Origin: Candidatus Nanopelagicales bacterium
Lineage (GTDB): Bacteria > Actinomycetota > Actinomycetes > S36-B12
NCBI GenBank assembly: GCA_030726915.1
Contig: JANRCR010000041.1
Coordinates: 4,262 to 68,261 of the forward strand
Length of the DNA stretch: 64,000 nt
Direction of reading: 5' to 3'
Shown: one piece after another, positions 1 to 9,823 of the stretch
Position numbering within the stretch: the stretch's first letter is position 1
How the letters are laid out: every line of letters begins with the position of its first letter
Made by a program: the position numbers and the translations under genes
Notes under the pieces: generated by a model
What the model was told of the DNA's origin: nothing
Database searches by the model: none
Seen by the model: the letters and a program-made list of their open reading frames with translations, nothing else

Positions 1-154
1 ACGTCTTCCCGCAACCCCGGGGGCCGGACAGGAGATAAGCGTGATGGACGCGATCACTCGACAGTGCTCGTGCGAGCGGCTCGGTGACGTGCTCCTGGCC
101 TACGACATCCGCCAGGCGACCGGGTCGATATGTGCGATAGAGCGCTGTGGACAC
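1..154 (-). CDS. dnaX: DNA polymerase III subunit gamma/tau, N-terminal ~51 codons only (gene runs off the window start)
   Basis: Minus-strand translation from GTG at 154 gives (M)STALYRTYRPGRLADVVGQEHVTEPLARALSSDRVHHAYLLSGPRGCGKT. This is a typical DnaX N-terminus with Walker A GPRGCGKT. Absent from the ORF track because it is truncated. Confidence 0.85.
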   Translation of the reverse strand, partial: MSTALYRTYRPGRLADVVGQEHVTEPLARALSSDRVHHAYLLSGPRGCGKT

Positions 155-184
155 CCGGTCACCATAGACCGAACGCCGGACGAG

Positions 185-275
185 GTGACCCCCCGCGCAC
201 CCGCCAGAGCCTGCCTGCCCTTGCTGCCTTCCGGCCCTGGGGGATTCAGCAGGGTGACGCCACGCGAGGGGTCGC
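185..275 (-). ncRNA. ffs: Signal recognition particle RNA (small bacterial 4.5S type); ends approximate (+-10 nt)
   Basis: Minus strand reads ...CCCCCAGGGCC-GGAA-GGCAGCAAGGGCAGGCAGG..., matching the conserved SRP domain IV core (CAGG.CCGGAAGG.AGCA..AAGG.CAG). Closing helix is GACCCCTCGCG / CGCGGGGGGTC. Sits in the classic actinobacterial order tRNA-Ser, ffs, dnaX. Confidence 0.75.
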
Positions 276-357
276 GCAAAGTCTACGGCAGCACATGCCC
301 ACCCCGGTCATGACGGAGGCCCGGACGGCGCTATCGCTGTCCGGGCCTCACCTCACG

Positions 358-442
358 CGGAGGATAGGGGATTTGAACCCCTGAGGGATTGCTCCCAACA
401 CGCTTTCCAAGCGTGCGCCCTAGGCCACTAGGCGAATCCTCC
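358..442 (-). tRNA. tRNA-Ser (anticodon GGA)
   Basis: Manual cloverleaf on the minus strand. Acceptor GGAGGAT/ATCCTCC, anticodon stem CACGC/GCGTG with loop TTGGAAA, long variable arm, T-loop GGTTCAAATCC. CCA not encoded. Confidence 0.9.
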
Positions 443-629
443 GCCGCCGAGGGTACCCAAGCCGCCGATCAGCGGTGACGGCGCGTTGACGGGAGTCGAC
501 ATCCGCCCGCGATAGAGCCCGCGTCGTGACCGACTTCCGCGCATGTCGGCACCTAGACTTGACTGACCAATAGCCACACGAAGCGAGTAATCATGTCGTC
601 TCGGTGCCGATCCCAGGAGGATGACCCCG

Positions 630-1292
630 ATGAGTGTCCCCAGCAACGGGCCGCGGCCCAGCAACCGTCATCGGCGGCAGCAGAGCCCCGTCGTGGCGAT
701 TGTTCTGGTGGTTATCGGCATGGTGATTCTCTTCGGAGCTGGATTTGGGCTGTCCCGCATCATTCAGGGCTCCCCAGACTCCGACGCCGGTGGTGGATCG
801 ACCCCGACCGCGTCACCGACCAACACCTCCCCCGAGCCTGCGCCCTGCGTCACCGTGACCGTCACACCGGGTGCAGGCCTGCCCAGCGCGGCTCAGGTGA
901 CCTCCAACGTCTACAACGCGACCGATCGCGCAGGACTCGCTGCCCTGACCGCGGAGGAGTTGCAGGTGCGTGGTTTCCTGATCGGGACCATCGATAACGA
1001 TCCACTTGCCAAGACGATCACGGGAGTGGCTGAAATCCGGCACGGCCCGTCCGGGGAACAGGGCGCGAGACTGATGGCCTTCTACATCCCGGGTGCCGAA
1101 CTCGTCGATGACGGTCGCACAGACGCAACCATCGACACGGTCATCGGCGCCGCCTTCACCGCGGTCGCCCCGCAGTCCGAGGTCGACGCCGCCCTGGCTG
1201 CACCGTCACCGTCACCCTCCGGTCCCGGGTGCTCGCCCTCGCCCACCGTGCCCTCGGCCGATCCTGCAGCGACGTCCCCGGCAGCCTCGTAG
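630..1292 (+). CDS. LytR_C-domain membrane-anchored protein
   Basis: ORF 621..1292. N-terminal basic stretch plus one TM (VVAIVLVVIGMVILFGAGF), then VYNATDRAGLAALTAEELQVRGF...AEIRHGPSG, typical of the LytR C-terminal domain. ATG at 630 has better spacing to GGAGG (616-620) than ATG at 621. Confidence 0.7.
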   Translation: MSVPSNGPRPSNRHRRQQSPVVAIVLVVIGMVILFGAGFGLSRIIQGSPDSDAGGGSTPTASPTNTSPEPAPCVTVTVTPGAGLPSAAQVTSNVYNATDRAGLAALTAEELQVRGFLIGTIDNDPLAKTITGVAEIRHGPSGEQGARLMAFYIPGAELVDDGRTDATIDTVIGAAFTAVAPQSEVDAALAAPSPSPSGPGCSPSPTVPSADPAATSPAAS

Positions 1293-1302
1293 CCGCAATC
1301 CG

Positions 1303-3171
1303 TCACAACTCGACAACGCGCCCTAGAGCGATCACCCTGTCGGCCGGCAGCCCGAAGTACAGCTGAATATCCGTGGCATTGCGCTGCATCACGGAGTACA
1401 TCTCGGTGCCCAGCCACACCAGGGGTGATGTTGCACCGACCTCAATGTGCACTGAGTGGAAGGCGTAGCGGCACGTCGCAGGATCGAACTGCGGGTACAG
1501 CCGCGCTACCGCGGCTGTCACTCCGGCTGGATCGGGTCGCTCCATGAATCCCGTCCGCACCTCCGCAAGAACGATCCGCTCATCCATGGCCCGGCACTCA
1601 ACTGCCAGGGCCGGATCCACTCGGGGTACATCCGCCGTGTGCATGCGAAGAATGAGAATGTATTCCTCGGCAACCCCCATCAGATGCACCTGCTGCACGA
1701 GTGCGTAGGGGACACCGCCCTCACCGGTCACATAGACCGTGGCACCCGGAGTCGTCATCACCCCAGGGGCGTGGATAACGCGGGAGATGTCGTCCATCGG
1801 CACAACAAGATCCTCAAGTGTCCGTGCCAGGCGGTTCGAGCCCCAGCGCCACAGTCCCAACACCGTAAAGATGATGGCCGCTGCCACGAGGGGGAACCAA
1901 CCCCCGTGACTGAACTTCGTGAGATTGGCGGCAAAGAAGGTGCCGTCAATGACGAGGAAAAAGAGGAAGACCGGAATGACGATCCACAGCGGAAGCCTCC
2001 ACAGTCTCCTGGCGACCACGGCAATCAGGCACGTCGTTATGACGAATGTCCCGGTGACAGCGATGCCGTAGGCGGACGCCAGATTGGATGAACTCTGGAA
2101 GCCAATGACGAGACCGACAACGGCGATCATGAGCATCCAGTTGACAAGGGGCACGTACACCTGGCCCGCTTCGGATGCAGATGTGTGGAGGACTCTCATC
2201 GGCGGCAGGTACCCCAGCCTGATGGCCTGCTGTGTCATGGAGAAGGCGCCCGAGATCACGGCCTGCGAAGCGATGAGCGTGGCGGCCGTTGCCAAGATCA
2301 CCATCGGGATTTGGAGAGCCGCCGGCACAAGGAGGTAGAAGGGATTGTCGATGGCCTCCGGTTGGCGCATGACGAGGGCGCCCTGGCCGAGGTAGTTGAG
2401 ATACAGCGCCGGAGCGGCGATGGCAAACCAGGAGAGCCGAATCGGCCGCCTGCCGAACTGCCCCATGTCGGCGTAGAGCGCCTCTGCTCCCGTCACACAC
2501 AAGACCACGGAGCCGAGGGCGAGGAAGGCCGTCAGCGGATCGCTCACGATGTAGCCGATCGCGTACGTCGGCAGGACCGACGCAATCACGCCGGGAGTCT
2601 GCAGGACACTCATCAGGCCGAGTACTCCGATGATGACGAACCAGACGACCATGATCGGTCCAAAGACCGTGCCGACCCGGTGAGTGCCGAAGCGCTGGAT
2701 GACAAAAAGGCCGATGAGCAGGACCAGGGCGATGGGGACGACGTACGCAGCCAGACCCGGGGCGGCAATCTCGAGTCCCTCGACGGCGGAGAGCACCGAA
2801 ACAGCAGGCGTGATGATCCCGTCGCCATAGAAAAGGGACGCACCCAGCACACCGAACACCATGATGATCGCCGCCGACCGTCTGTGTCGCACCACGGAAT
2901 CAGCGAGGGAGGCCAGCACCATGATGCCGCCCTCCCCCTCGTTGCCGGCGCGCATGACGATGAGGACGTACTTCACAGACACGATGAGGGTCAGCGTCCA
3001 AAAGACGAGCGACAAGGCACCCAGCACTCGCTCATCCGTGACCGCGATGTCGTGGGCTCCCGCGAAAATCTCGGAGAAGGCATAGAGGGGACTCGTGCCG
3101 ATGTCACCGAAGACCACACCCAGGGCACCGAGGGTGAGGAGGCTACTTCCCTTGCGGGTTCCACGTGACAC
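1303..3171 (-). CDS. kup: KUP/HAK/KT potassium uptake transporter
   Basis: 622 aa, GTG start. N-terminal signature LGALGVVFGDIGTSPLYAF and about 12 TM segments plus a cytoplasmic C-domain. Confidence 0.92.
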   Translation of the reverse strand: MSRGTRKGSSLLTLGALGVVFGDIGTSPLYAFSEIFAGAHDIAVTDERVLGALSLVFWTLTLIVSVKYVLIVMRAGNEGEGGIMVLASLADSVVRHRRSAAIIMVFGVLGASLFYGDGIITPAVSVLSAVEGLEIAAPGLAAYVVPIALVLLIGLFVIQRFGTHRVGTVFGPIMVVWFVIIGVLGLMSVLQTPGVIASVLPTYAIGYIVSDPLTAFLALGSVVLCVTGAEALYADMGQFGRRPIRLSWFAIAAPALYLNYLGQGALVMRQPEAIDNPFYLLVPAALQIPMVILATAATLIASQAVISGAFSMTQQAIRLGYLPPMRVLHTSASEAGQVYVPLVNWMLMIAVVGLVIGFQSSSNLASAYGIAVTGTFVITTCLIAVVARRLWRLPLWIVIPVFLFFLVIDGTFFAANLTKFSHGGWFPLVAAAIIFTVLGLWRWGSNRLARTLEDLVVPMDDISRVIHAPGVMTTPGATVYVTGEGGVPYALVQQVHLMGVAEEYILILRMHTADVPRVDPALAVECRAMDERIVLAEVRTGFMERPDPAGVTAAVARLYPQFDPATCRYAFHSVHIEVGATSPLVWLGTEMYSVMQRNATDIQLYFGLPADRVIALGRVVEL

Positions 3172-3200
3172 GGGCGGACGCTAGCAGCCGTAGCCCCCGG

Positions 3201-4019
3201 TCAGGGTAAAGAATTAAGGAGCGGTGTGAGAGCGCCACTGCCCTGGAAGGGATTGCTGAGCTCCACCACCAGGTAGAAGAGAATGCCGTACACGGCTGCC
3301 ATGATGCCGATAAGCACGATGTTCATGCCAAGGCGTGCCGGCTGAAAAATCGCCGTCATGGCCAGGCTCACGATGCCGAGCATGAGCGCCGTGAAGACGA
3401 GATTCGCGGAGTGCTGCCTGGGGACATCACCGAGTCGGTCCGTGGCTGAGGTGAACATCTCGTCAACAGACGTGGCCAGAATGTCCCAGTTCGGGGTGTC
3501 CGCCGCACCCATATCCTGGGCCTCGCCCAACGAGGCGCCAACAATCGTCGAGGCCATTGTTTGCACCTCGAAAGCCCCACGGCTATCACCACGCTCCATC
3601 AGCGGCCACTGCTGATCCACCACGATGGTTCGGTACTCGTTCATGGCCTCCACCACGAGATCACGTCCCATGTCCGCGGGCAACTACTGGGCGCTCACCA
3701 GGGCTCGGTAGAAGTACTGGGCCTCCATCTGGGTGGCATTGTCGGCGCTGCGCGCATTGAGCATGAACTGGCCGACCGTGAAGGTGAAGAGGAAGACAAA
3801 CCCCAGGCTCGTGACCTGGATGATGCGTCCACTCAGGTAGTAGGCAGCCGGGGGCTTGGGCGTGGGATCGTCTTCGTTGTGCTTCGGCTCCTCCGAGAGC
3901 ACGAGGAGTTGCCGGTGACACGCCCACACCAGTACGACGCTGATGCCGACCGTCAGCACGACCGATAGCAAGGCCTGTACGAGCGGAGGCACCGTCATGG
4001 CGAACTCGGCGTAACTCAT
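3201..4019 (-). pseudogene. DUF4239 (bestrophin-like) membrane protein interrupted by a single in-frame TAG (3684-3686)
   Basis: ORFs 3684..4019 and 3201..3683 are in the same frame, separated only by TAG. Joined product is ~271 aa with N-terminal TMs, a soluble middle and two C-terminal TMs (IVLIGIMAAVYGILFYLVVELSNPF), matching the DUF4239 layout. Confidence 0.55.
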
Positions 4020-4136
4020 CGAGCCAGGATGCCAGAGGCCGATGCAAATTCAGCTCGAACCTTGTCGATCCTCCTCCCTGCCATTCCCTTCTCACTAGCC
4101 TTCCCGTCACGAGCCGGAGCGAGGAAGGGAGGTCAC

Positions 4137-5540
4137 ATGAGCGTGCCGATCCCCCGATCCGCCTGGGTCATCGCCCTGAGCGCCGCCACACTCGGCATCA
4201 TCTACGGGTACGACGGGTCCAACATTGCCGGTGCCCAACTCTATTTCGCGGACTACTTCGGCCTCGACGGCAACAGCGCCGCAGTGGAGACCATCGTGAC
4301 GGCCACCGTCTACGGTGAACTTGTCGGGGCACTCGCCGGTGGCTTCATCATCAATCGCTTCGGCCGCAAGCCCTCGATCGTGGCCGTCGCTCTCGGATAT
4401 GTCGTCTTCTGCCTCGCCAGCGCCTTCGCGGTGAGCCCCCTGATGCTCGGCTTGTCCCGCGCATTCCTCGGCTTCACGATCGGCGTCTCACTGATCGCGG
4501 TGCCGATTTTCGTTGCTGAATCGATGCCGGCACGGATCCGTGGAGCGACACTCGTGGCGTATCAGGTGGCCGCGGTCGTCGGCATCATTTTTGGCTATCT
4601 CTTCGCCCTTGCCCTCAGCGGTTTGGGCGCCAGTGTTAATTGGCGCCTCATGCTCGGACTCGCAGCACTCCCGGCGATCCTGCTTCTCCCCGCGCTCCTG
4701 CGCCTGCCCGAGACGGGACGATGGCTCATCCTCAAGGGCAGAGATGGCGAAGCGCGTCTCTCCCTGGCCCGGACCGACCCGGATGGCGACATCGACGCGG
4801 AAATCGCGACCATTCGAGAGAGCCTCGGCGGGGAGGGTGGGGGGCGCCTTCGAGAGATGCTGCAGAAGCCCTACCTGCGAGCGACGGTCTTTGTCGTCGG
4901 GCTGGGCTTCTTCATCCAAATCACGGGCATCAACGCCACCATCGCGTACGGTCCCAAAATCTTCCAGGCCATGGGCGTGACCACCAACTCCCAGTCACTC
5001 CTCATGGCCATGCTCGTGCAACTCATTGCCCTGATCGCCGTCCTCGCGTCCATGTCCGTCGTAGATCGATGGGGACGCCGGCCCATCCTGCTCACCGGCA
5101 TCTCGATCATGATCGTGTCTCAACTGGCGATGGTCGTCACGTTTGCGACCCAGGACGGGGACACCTTCACCACCGGCCAGGTCGTCCTCGGCTTCATCGG
5201 ACTTGCCGGTATCAACATCGGCTTCGTCTTCGGGTTCGGCGCTCTGGTCTGGGTCTATTCCAGCGAGAGCTTCCCCGCACGGCTGCGTGGCTACGGCTCC
5301 AGCGCCATGCTGGGTTCGGACCTGCTGGCCAACATCATCATCGTCCAATTCTTCCTCACGGTGCTCAACTCCATCGGCGGCGCATGGTCCTTCGGGATGT
5401 TCGCTATCCTCGCGGGATTGGCCTGGATCTTCGTCTGGCGACTGGCCCCGGAGACTCGGGGTCGTGAGCTCGAAGAGATCCAGGACTACTGGGTGAACGG
5501 TGGCAGGTGGTCCACGACCAACGGAAAGGGAGCGCAATGA
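4137..5540 (+). CDS. MFS sugar-porter family transporter
   Basis: ATG at 4137 is preceded by GAGGAAGGGAGG. Sugar-porter motifs GRKPS, PETGRWL and PETRGRELEEI; 12 TM. Confidence 0.88.
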   Translation: MSVPIPRSAWVIALSAATLGIIYGYDGSNIAGAQLYFADYFGLDGNSAAVETIVTATVYGELVGALAGGFIINRFGRKPSIVAVALGYVVFCLASAFAVSPLMLGLSRAFLGFTIGVSLIAVPIFVAESMPARIRGATLVAYQVAAVVGIIFGYLFALALSGLGASVNWRLMLGLAALPAILLLPALLRLPETGRWLILKGRDGEARLSLARTDPDGDIDAEIATIRESLGGEGGGRLREMLQKPYLRATVFVVGLGFFIQITGINATIAYGPKIFQAMGVTTNSQSLLMAMLVQLIALIAVLASMSVVDRWGRRPILLTGISIMIVSQLAMVVTFATQDGDTFTTGQVVLGFIGLAGINIGFVFGFGALVWVYSSESFPARLRGYGSSAMLGSDLLANIIIVQFFLTVLNSIGGAWSFGMFAILAGLAWIFVWRLAPETRGRELEEIQDYWVNGGRWSTTNGKGAQ

Positions 5541-6538
5541 TGCTTCGCGCCGGGGTTGATCTCGGGGGCACCAAGATCCAGACCGTCATCGTCGACGCTG
5601 ACGGCGAGGTTGTCGGCCAGTGCCGCCTGCCCACGCCGCAGGACAAGGGCCCCACCGGCGTCCTCGATGCCATTGTGGCCTCCGTGAGGGCCGCCCTCGA
5701 TGACGCCGCCGCCAGCACAGATCAACTGCTCGGTGTCGGCGTCGGATCTCCGGGCCAAATAGCTCACGACACGGGCACTGTGAGTCACGCGGGCAACCTC
5801 CCTGACTGGCTGGGGACCATCGCTGTCACCGCTCCGCTCCGCGCTGCCCTCGGCGTCCCCATCGAGTTGGCCAATGACGTGCAGGTCGGCGTCATGGCCG
5901 AGTCCCGACTCGGTGCAGGTCGCCCCTACTCCTCCATGCTGGGCATCTTCTGCGGCACCGGTGTCGGTGGCGGCATTGTCATCAACGACGAGTTGTGGCT
6001 GGGCCGGGGGGCAGCGGGCGAAGTCGGTCACATGGTGGTCAAGCCCGACGGTGCGCCATGCCCCTGCGGACGCCATGGCTGCCTTGAGGCGTACGCCGGC
6101 AGGGCTGCGATGGAGGCGGAAGCTCGCCACCGCATTGCCCGCGGCAAGCACAGCCACCTGCTGAAGATCATGGAGAAGAAGGGCCGCACCCGGATGTCGA
6201 GCGGTGTCTGGGCAAAGGCACTGGAGCGGGGAGACCACGTCGCCATTGACCTCATCGATCGCGCCGTGTGGGCCCTGGGCCTCGCCACCGCCAGCGCCGT
6301 CAATCTCCTCGATGTGGAGGCGGTCGTGATTGGTGGCGGCCTGGGCACTCGACTCGGCACACCCTTCGCGGATCGCATCCGGACCGCAATGCTGCCCCAC
6401 CTCATCCTTCCGGAGAAGGCACCGCAGGTGCTGAGTGCAGCCCTGGGTGACCTCGGGGGTGCCATGGGTGCCGCCTTGCGCGTGGAACACACCGTGCCCC
6501 CGCCGGGCGAGCTCGGTGCCGTGCTCATCGAGGACTGA
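5537..6538 (+). CDS. ROK-family sugar kinase (glucokinase / N-acetylglucosamine kinase-like)
   Basis: ATGA overlap with the transporter stop. DLGGTKI ATP-binding start, GEVGH, and zinc motif CPCGRHGCLEAY. Confidence 0.88.
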   Translation: MMLRAGVDLGGTKIQTVIVDADGEVVGQCRLPTPQDKGPTGVLDAIVASVRAALDDAAASTDQLLGVGVGSPGQIAHDTGTVSHAGNLPDWLGTIAVTAPLRAALGVPIELANDVQVGVMAESRLGAGRPYSSMLGIFCGTGVGGGIVINDELWLGRGAAGEVGHMVVKPDGAPCPCGRHGCLEAYAGRAAMEAEARHRIARGKHSHLLKIMEKKGRTRMSSGVWAKALERGDHVAIDLIDRAVWALGLATASAVNLLDVEAVVIGGGLGTRLGTPFADRIRTAMLPHLILPEKAPQVLSAALGDLGGAMGAALRVEHTVPPPGELGAVLIED

Positions 6539-6539
6539 C

Positions 6540-7574
6540 GTGACGGCCCCCGGTGCGGTGATGCTCACCGAGATCCTGGAGCAGCCGAGGGCACTGCACC
6601 GACTCCTTGAAGCGAGCGACGGGGAGATCACGACCGTTGCCGGGCGCATCCGCGCACGTGATCCTCGCTTCGTGCTCCTTGCCGCGCGCGGCACGTCCGA
6701 CCATGCCGCCCTCTACCTCAAGTACCTCATCGAAACACGTCTCGGACTGCCCGCGGGACTCGTATCGCCATCGACACTGACCGTCTATGGCGCATCACCC
6801 CACTACGACGACGTGGTGTGGATCTCCATGAGCCAGTCCGGGGGCTCACCTGATCTCGTTGAGTCCACCCAGCGGGCCAGCGCGGCAGGAGCCATGACCG
6901 TTGCCCTGACGAACTCGGCAACATCACCTCTCGCGTCCGCCGCGGATGCGCACGTGGACGTGCTCGCTGGCCCGGAGCTCGCTGTAGCGGCGACCAAGAG
7001 TTACACCAGCGAGTTACTCGCTTCGTGGCTGCTCGTTGAGGCCTGGGCGGGAGGTGACATGGGGCGCGCTTCCGTCATCCCTGAGTGGGCCCAGCAGGTT
7101 CTCGACTCCGCGGAGGGTCTGGCGATCGCTCCGCGCTACCGATTCGTCGAGCGACTCGTCACGACGGGCCGTGGCTTTGCCTATCCGACCGCACGGGAAG
7201 CAGCACTCAAATTGATGGAGACGTCGTACCTCTCCGCCCATGCCTTCTCAAGCGCCGACCTGATGCACGGACCACTCGCGATGATCGATGCCGATCGGCC
7301 CGTCATCGCCGTGGTGCCTCACGGCGCCGGTGGTGAAGCCATGCAACCCGTGCTCGATCAGCTCACCGAGCGGGGGGCTGATCTGCTCATCGAGGGCGAT
7401 GTCGACCGGGCACCCCACGCTGCCGCTGCGATCCCACTGCCGAGAATCGATGAGGACCTGGCACCGATCGTGCAGATTCTCCCACTTCAGCAACTCGCCT
7501 ACGCCATGTCGATCGCGCGCGGCAATGACCCTGACGCACCCCGCGGCCTGCGCAAGGTCACCGAGACCCGCTAG
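6540..7574 (+). CDS. SIS-domain sugar-phosphate isomerase/deaminase (GlmS C-terminal-like, NagB-II/AgaS type)
   Basis: Two SIS repeats (GTSDHAALYLKY..., ISQSGGSPD). GTG at 6540 follows GAGGA; the alternative start is ATG at 6561. Positioned between the ROK kinase and nagA. Confidence 0.8.
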   Translation: MTAPGAVMLTEILEQPRALHRLLEASDGEITTVAGRIRARDPRFVLLAARGTSDHAALYLKYLIETRLGLPAGLVSPSTLTVYGASPHYDDVVWISMSQSGGSPDLVESTQRASAAGAMTVALTNSATSPLASAADAHVDVLAGPELAVAATKSYTSELLASWLLVEAWAGGDMGRASVIPEWAQQVLDSAEGLAIAPRYRFVERLVTTGRGFAYPTAREAALKLMETSYLSAHAFSSADLMHGPLAMIDADRPVIAVVPHGAGGEAMQPVLDQLTERGADLLIEGDVDRAPHAAAAIPLPRIDEDLAPIVQILPLQQLAYAMSIARGNDPDAPRGLRKVTETR

Positions 7575-8695
7575 TCCCACTCACCAGCCCGCAGGACATG
7601 TGTCACGCGCTGCTCCTCATCGAGGCCCACGAGGTCGGCACGCTGGCCAGGCGCCAGGAGGCCCCGATCCGCCAAACCCATGGCCCGCGCGGGCGCGAGC
7701 GATGCAGCCGCGCTCGCCTCCACCAACGAGCGGTCCGCCAGGCGCACCGCCCTGCGCACAGCCGCATCCATCAGCAGGGTGCTGCCGGCCAGGCTGCCAC
7801 CATCACGCAGACGCGCGACACCGTCCGTGACAACGACTCTCATGTCACCAATCAGGTAGGACCCGTCACCCACGCCTGCGGCGGCCATCGCATCCGTCAC
7901 GAGTGCCGCACGCCCACCGGCCGCTGACATCGACAGCGCGATCACCTCGGGATCAAGGTGTACGCCGTCACCGATCAACTCCACGGTCACCCGCGGGTCA
8001 GACAGCAGCACACCCACCGGCCCCGCCTCGCGATGCAGAAGGGGTGGCATGGCGTTGAACAGGTGCGTGGCCACGGTGGCACCCGCATCGATGGCCGCCC
8101 GGGCGGTATCCCCGTCGGCTCCCGTGTGTCCGATGGCCGCGATGGCACCGGCCTCGACGATGACTCCGATCGCCTCAATCGCACCGGGCAACTCCGGCGC
8201 GATCGTCACCATGGCGATCCTGCCCTCGCCCACCGCCAGGATGCGTGCGACCTCATGGGATGCGGGGGAGCGCAGCGTCTCCGGGTTGTGGGCTCCGCAA
8301 TAGCGGTGTGAAATCCACGGTCCCTCCAGGTGGATCCCTCGCAGGAGGCCATCGTCAACGAAGGGGATGAGCGCTCGGATCTGCCGCTCGAGGTCGTCGT
8401 ACGACGCGGACACGAGACTGGCGTGGGAGGTCGTCGTGCCGTGCGCCCGATGGATGGCCACCACGCGTGCAATCTGCTCAGGGTCCGCAGATGTGTACGA
8501 CGCTCCCCCTCCACCGTGACAGTGCAGGTCCACAAAACCGGGGAGGAGCAGGGGCACTGTCACGTCGGGGTCGGGGGTCGGACCTTCCCCCAGCACACCG
8601 ACCTCAGCAATAACCCCATCAGAGATGCGCAGCCACGCGTTGCGTCGCTCACCCTCGCCATCGGCGAGTCGGTTGGCAGCGACCACCAGGGACAT
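7571..8695 (-). CDS. nagA: N-acetylglucosamine-6-phosphate deacetylase
   Basis: 374 aa. Motifs [24 protein letters not shown] and HLFNAM. Confidence 0.92.
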   Translation of the reverse strand: MSLVVAANRLADGEGERRNAWLRISDGVIAEVGVLGEGPTPDPDVTVPLLLPGFVDLHCHGGGGASYTSADPEQIARVVAIHRAHGTTTSHASLVSASYDDLERQIRALIPFVDDGLLRGIHLEGPWISHRYCGAHNPETLRSPASHEVARILAVGEGRIAMVTIAPELPGAIEAIGVIVEAGAIAAIGHTGADGDTARAAIDAGATVATHLFNAMPPLLHREAGPVGVLLSDPRVTVELIGDGVHLDPEVIALSMSAAGGRAALVTDAMAAAGVGDGSYLIGDMRVVVTDGVARLRDGGSLAGSTLLMDAAVRRAVRLADRSLVEASAAASLAPARAMGLADRGLLAPGQRADLVGLDEEQRVTHVLRAGEWD

Positions 8696-8776
8696 GCCCC
8701 GACCCTAGGACATGGGTGGACTCGGTATCGTCCCCGTGACACATCTGCCATCTGCCGCATGAGCCGAGAGGGAACA

Positions 8777-9799
8777 ATGCCCAGCCTGCTTGACTACCCG
8801 ACCTATCCGCTCCTTTTCGGCCCATCACCCGTGCACCCTCTGGAGCGACTGACGGCGGATCTCGGCGGTGCCGCGATCTGGGCAAAGCGGGAGGACTGCA
8901 ACAGCGGTATTGCGTACGGCGGTAACAAAACTCGCAAGCTCGAATACCTTGTCGCCGACGCACTCAATCAAGGGTGCGACACACTCGTGTCCATCGGTGG
9001 CGTGCAGTCCAATCACACGCGTCAGGTCGCTGCCGTCGCAGCTCGAGCCGGTCTGCGATGTGTCCTCGTGCAGGAGAGTTGGGTCGACTGGCCCGACTCC
9101 GTGTACGACAAGGTCGGCAATATCCTCATCAGCCGCCTCGCGGGTGCCGACGTACGCCTGGTGAAGGCCGAGTTCGGGATCGGCTTCAAGGAGAGTTGGG
9201 AGCAGGCACTCGCCGAGATTGTGGCGAGAGGTGGCCGCCCCTACGCCATCCCCGCCGGAGCGTCGGACCATCCCCTCGGCGGGATGGGGTTTGCGCGCTG
9301 GGCTTATGAGGTGGCCGAGCAGGAGGCCGAACTCGGCGTGTTCTTCGACACCATCATCGTCAACTCCGTGACCGGCTCGACACAGGCGGGCATGATCGCC
9401 GGCTTCGCCGTCCTCGAGCAGGAGGGTGCACGCCCGCGGCGGATCCTGGGCGTCGACGGATCAGCGAAGCCGGTCCAGACACGTGAGCAAATCACCCGCA
9501 TCGCCGCTGACACGGCCCGCAAGATCGGCTTGCGTCGAGAGATCACCATCGACGACGTCGAGCTCGACGAGCGCTTCCACGCCGGCATCTACGGCATCCC
9601 CGACGAGACCACCATCGCAGCGATGAAGCGTGCGGCACGCACCGAAGGGATGGTCACCGACCCGGTCTACGAGGGCAAGTCCATGGCCGCGCTCATCCAC
9701 GTCGTGGAGACCCGCGAGGTCGATCCCACCTCTACGGTGCTCTTCGCCCACCTAGGTGGCCAGCCAGCCCTCAACGGATACAGCGCACTCTTCTCGTGA
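8777..9799 (+). CDS. acdS: 1-aminocyclopropane-1-carboxylate (ACC) deaminase
   Basis: True start is ATG at 8777 (RBS GAGAGGGA). [25 protein letters not shown]..., PLP-lysine motif [10 protein letters not shown]. The two residues usually used to separate AcdS from D-cysteine desulfhydrase are present in context (DPVYEGKS and FAHLGG). Confidence 0.85.
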   Translation: MPSLLDYPTYPLLFGPSPVHPLERLTADLGGAAIWAKREDCNSGIAYGGNKTRKLEYLVADALNQGCDTLVSIGGVQSNHTRQVAAVAARAGLRCVLVQESWVDWPDSVYDKVGNILISRLAGADVRLVKAEFGIGFKESWEQALAEIVARGGRPYAIPAGASDHPLGGMGFARWAYEVAEQEAELGVFFDTIIVNSVTGSTQAGMIAGFAVLEQEGARPRRILGVDGSAKPVQTREQITRIAADTARKIGLRREITIDDVELDERFHAGIYGIPDETTIAAMKRAARTEGMVTDPVYEGKSMAALIHVVETREVDPTSTVLFAHLGGQPALNGYSALFS

Positions 9800-9823
9800 G
9801 CGCCGTCACCTAGGCTGGGTTCC

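Noticed and set aside
41-384. 90-aa and 84-aa plus-strand ORFs at the window start
   Set aside because: They overlap the SRP RNA, the dnaX 5' end and the tRNA-Ser flank on the opposite strand. RNA genes explain the region.
2185-3168. 327-aa plus-strand ORF
   Set aside because: It is antisense to kup. It has an Arg/Gly/Asp/His-rich low-complexity composition typical of shadow ORFs in high-GC DNA, while the opposite strand has an unmistakable Kup signature.
3684-3686. TAG as programmed recoding (pyrrolysine or read-through)
   Set aside because: There are no pyl genes or recoding signals, and this is an actinobacterial context. A nonsense mutation or sequencing error is far more likely.
5486-6694. 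402-aa minus-strand ORF
   Set aside because: Antisense shadow of the ROK kinase and SIS genes, with no motifs. The plus strand carries the ROK zinc motif and SIS motifs.
8330-8776. 149-codon N-terminal extension of the ACC deaminase ORF. Similar extensions occur at 31009-31176 (HelD), 62262-62399 (2-KPCC), 54989-55087 (ComA), 13408-13590 (upp) and 31917-32267 (Lrp).
   Set aside because: The extensions overlap neighbouring genes or promoter regions and have junk-like composition. Internal starts with good RBS give proteins of canonical length and N-termini.
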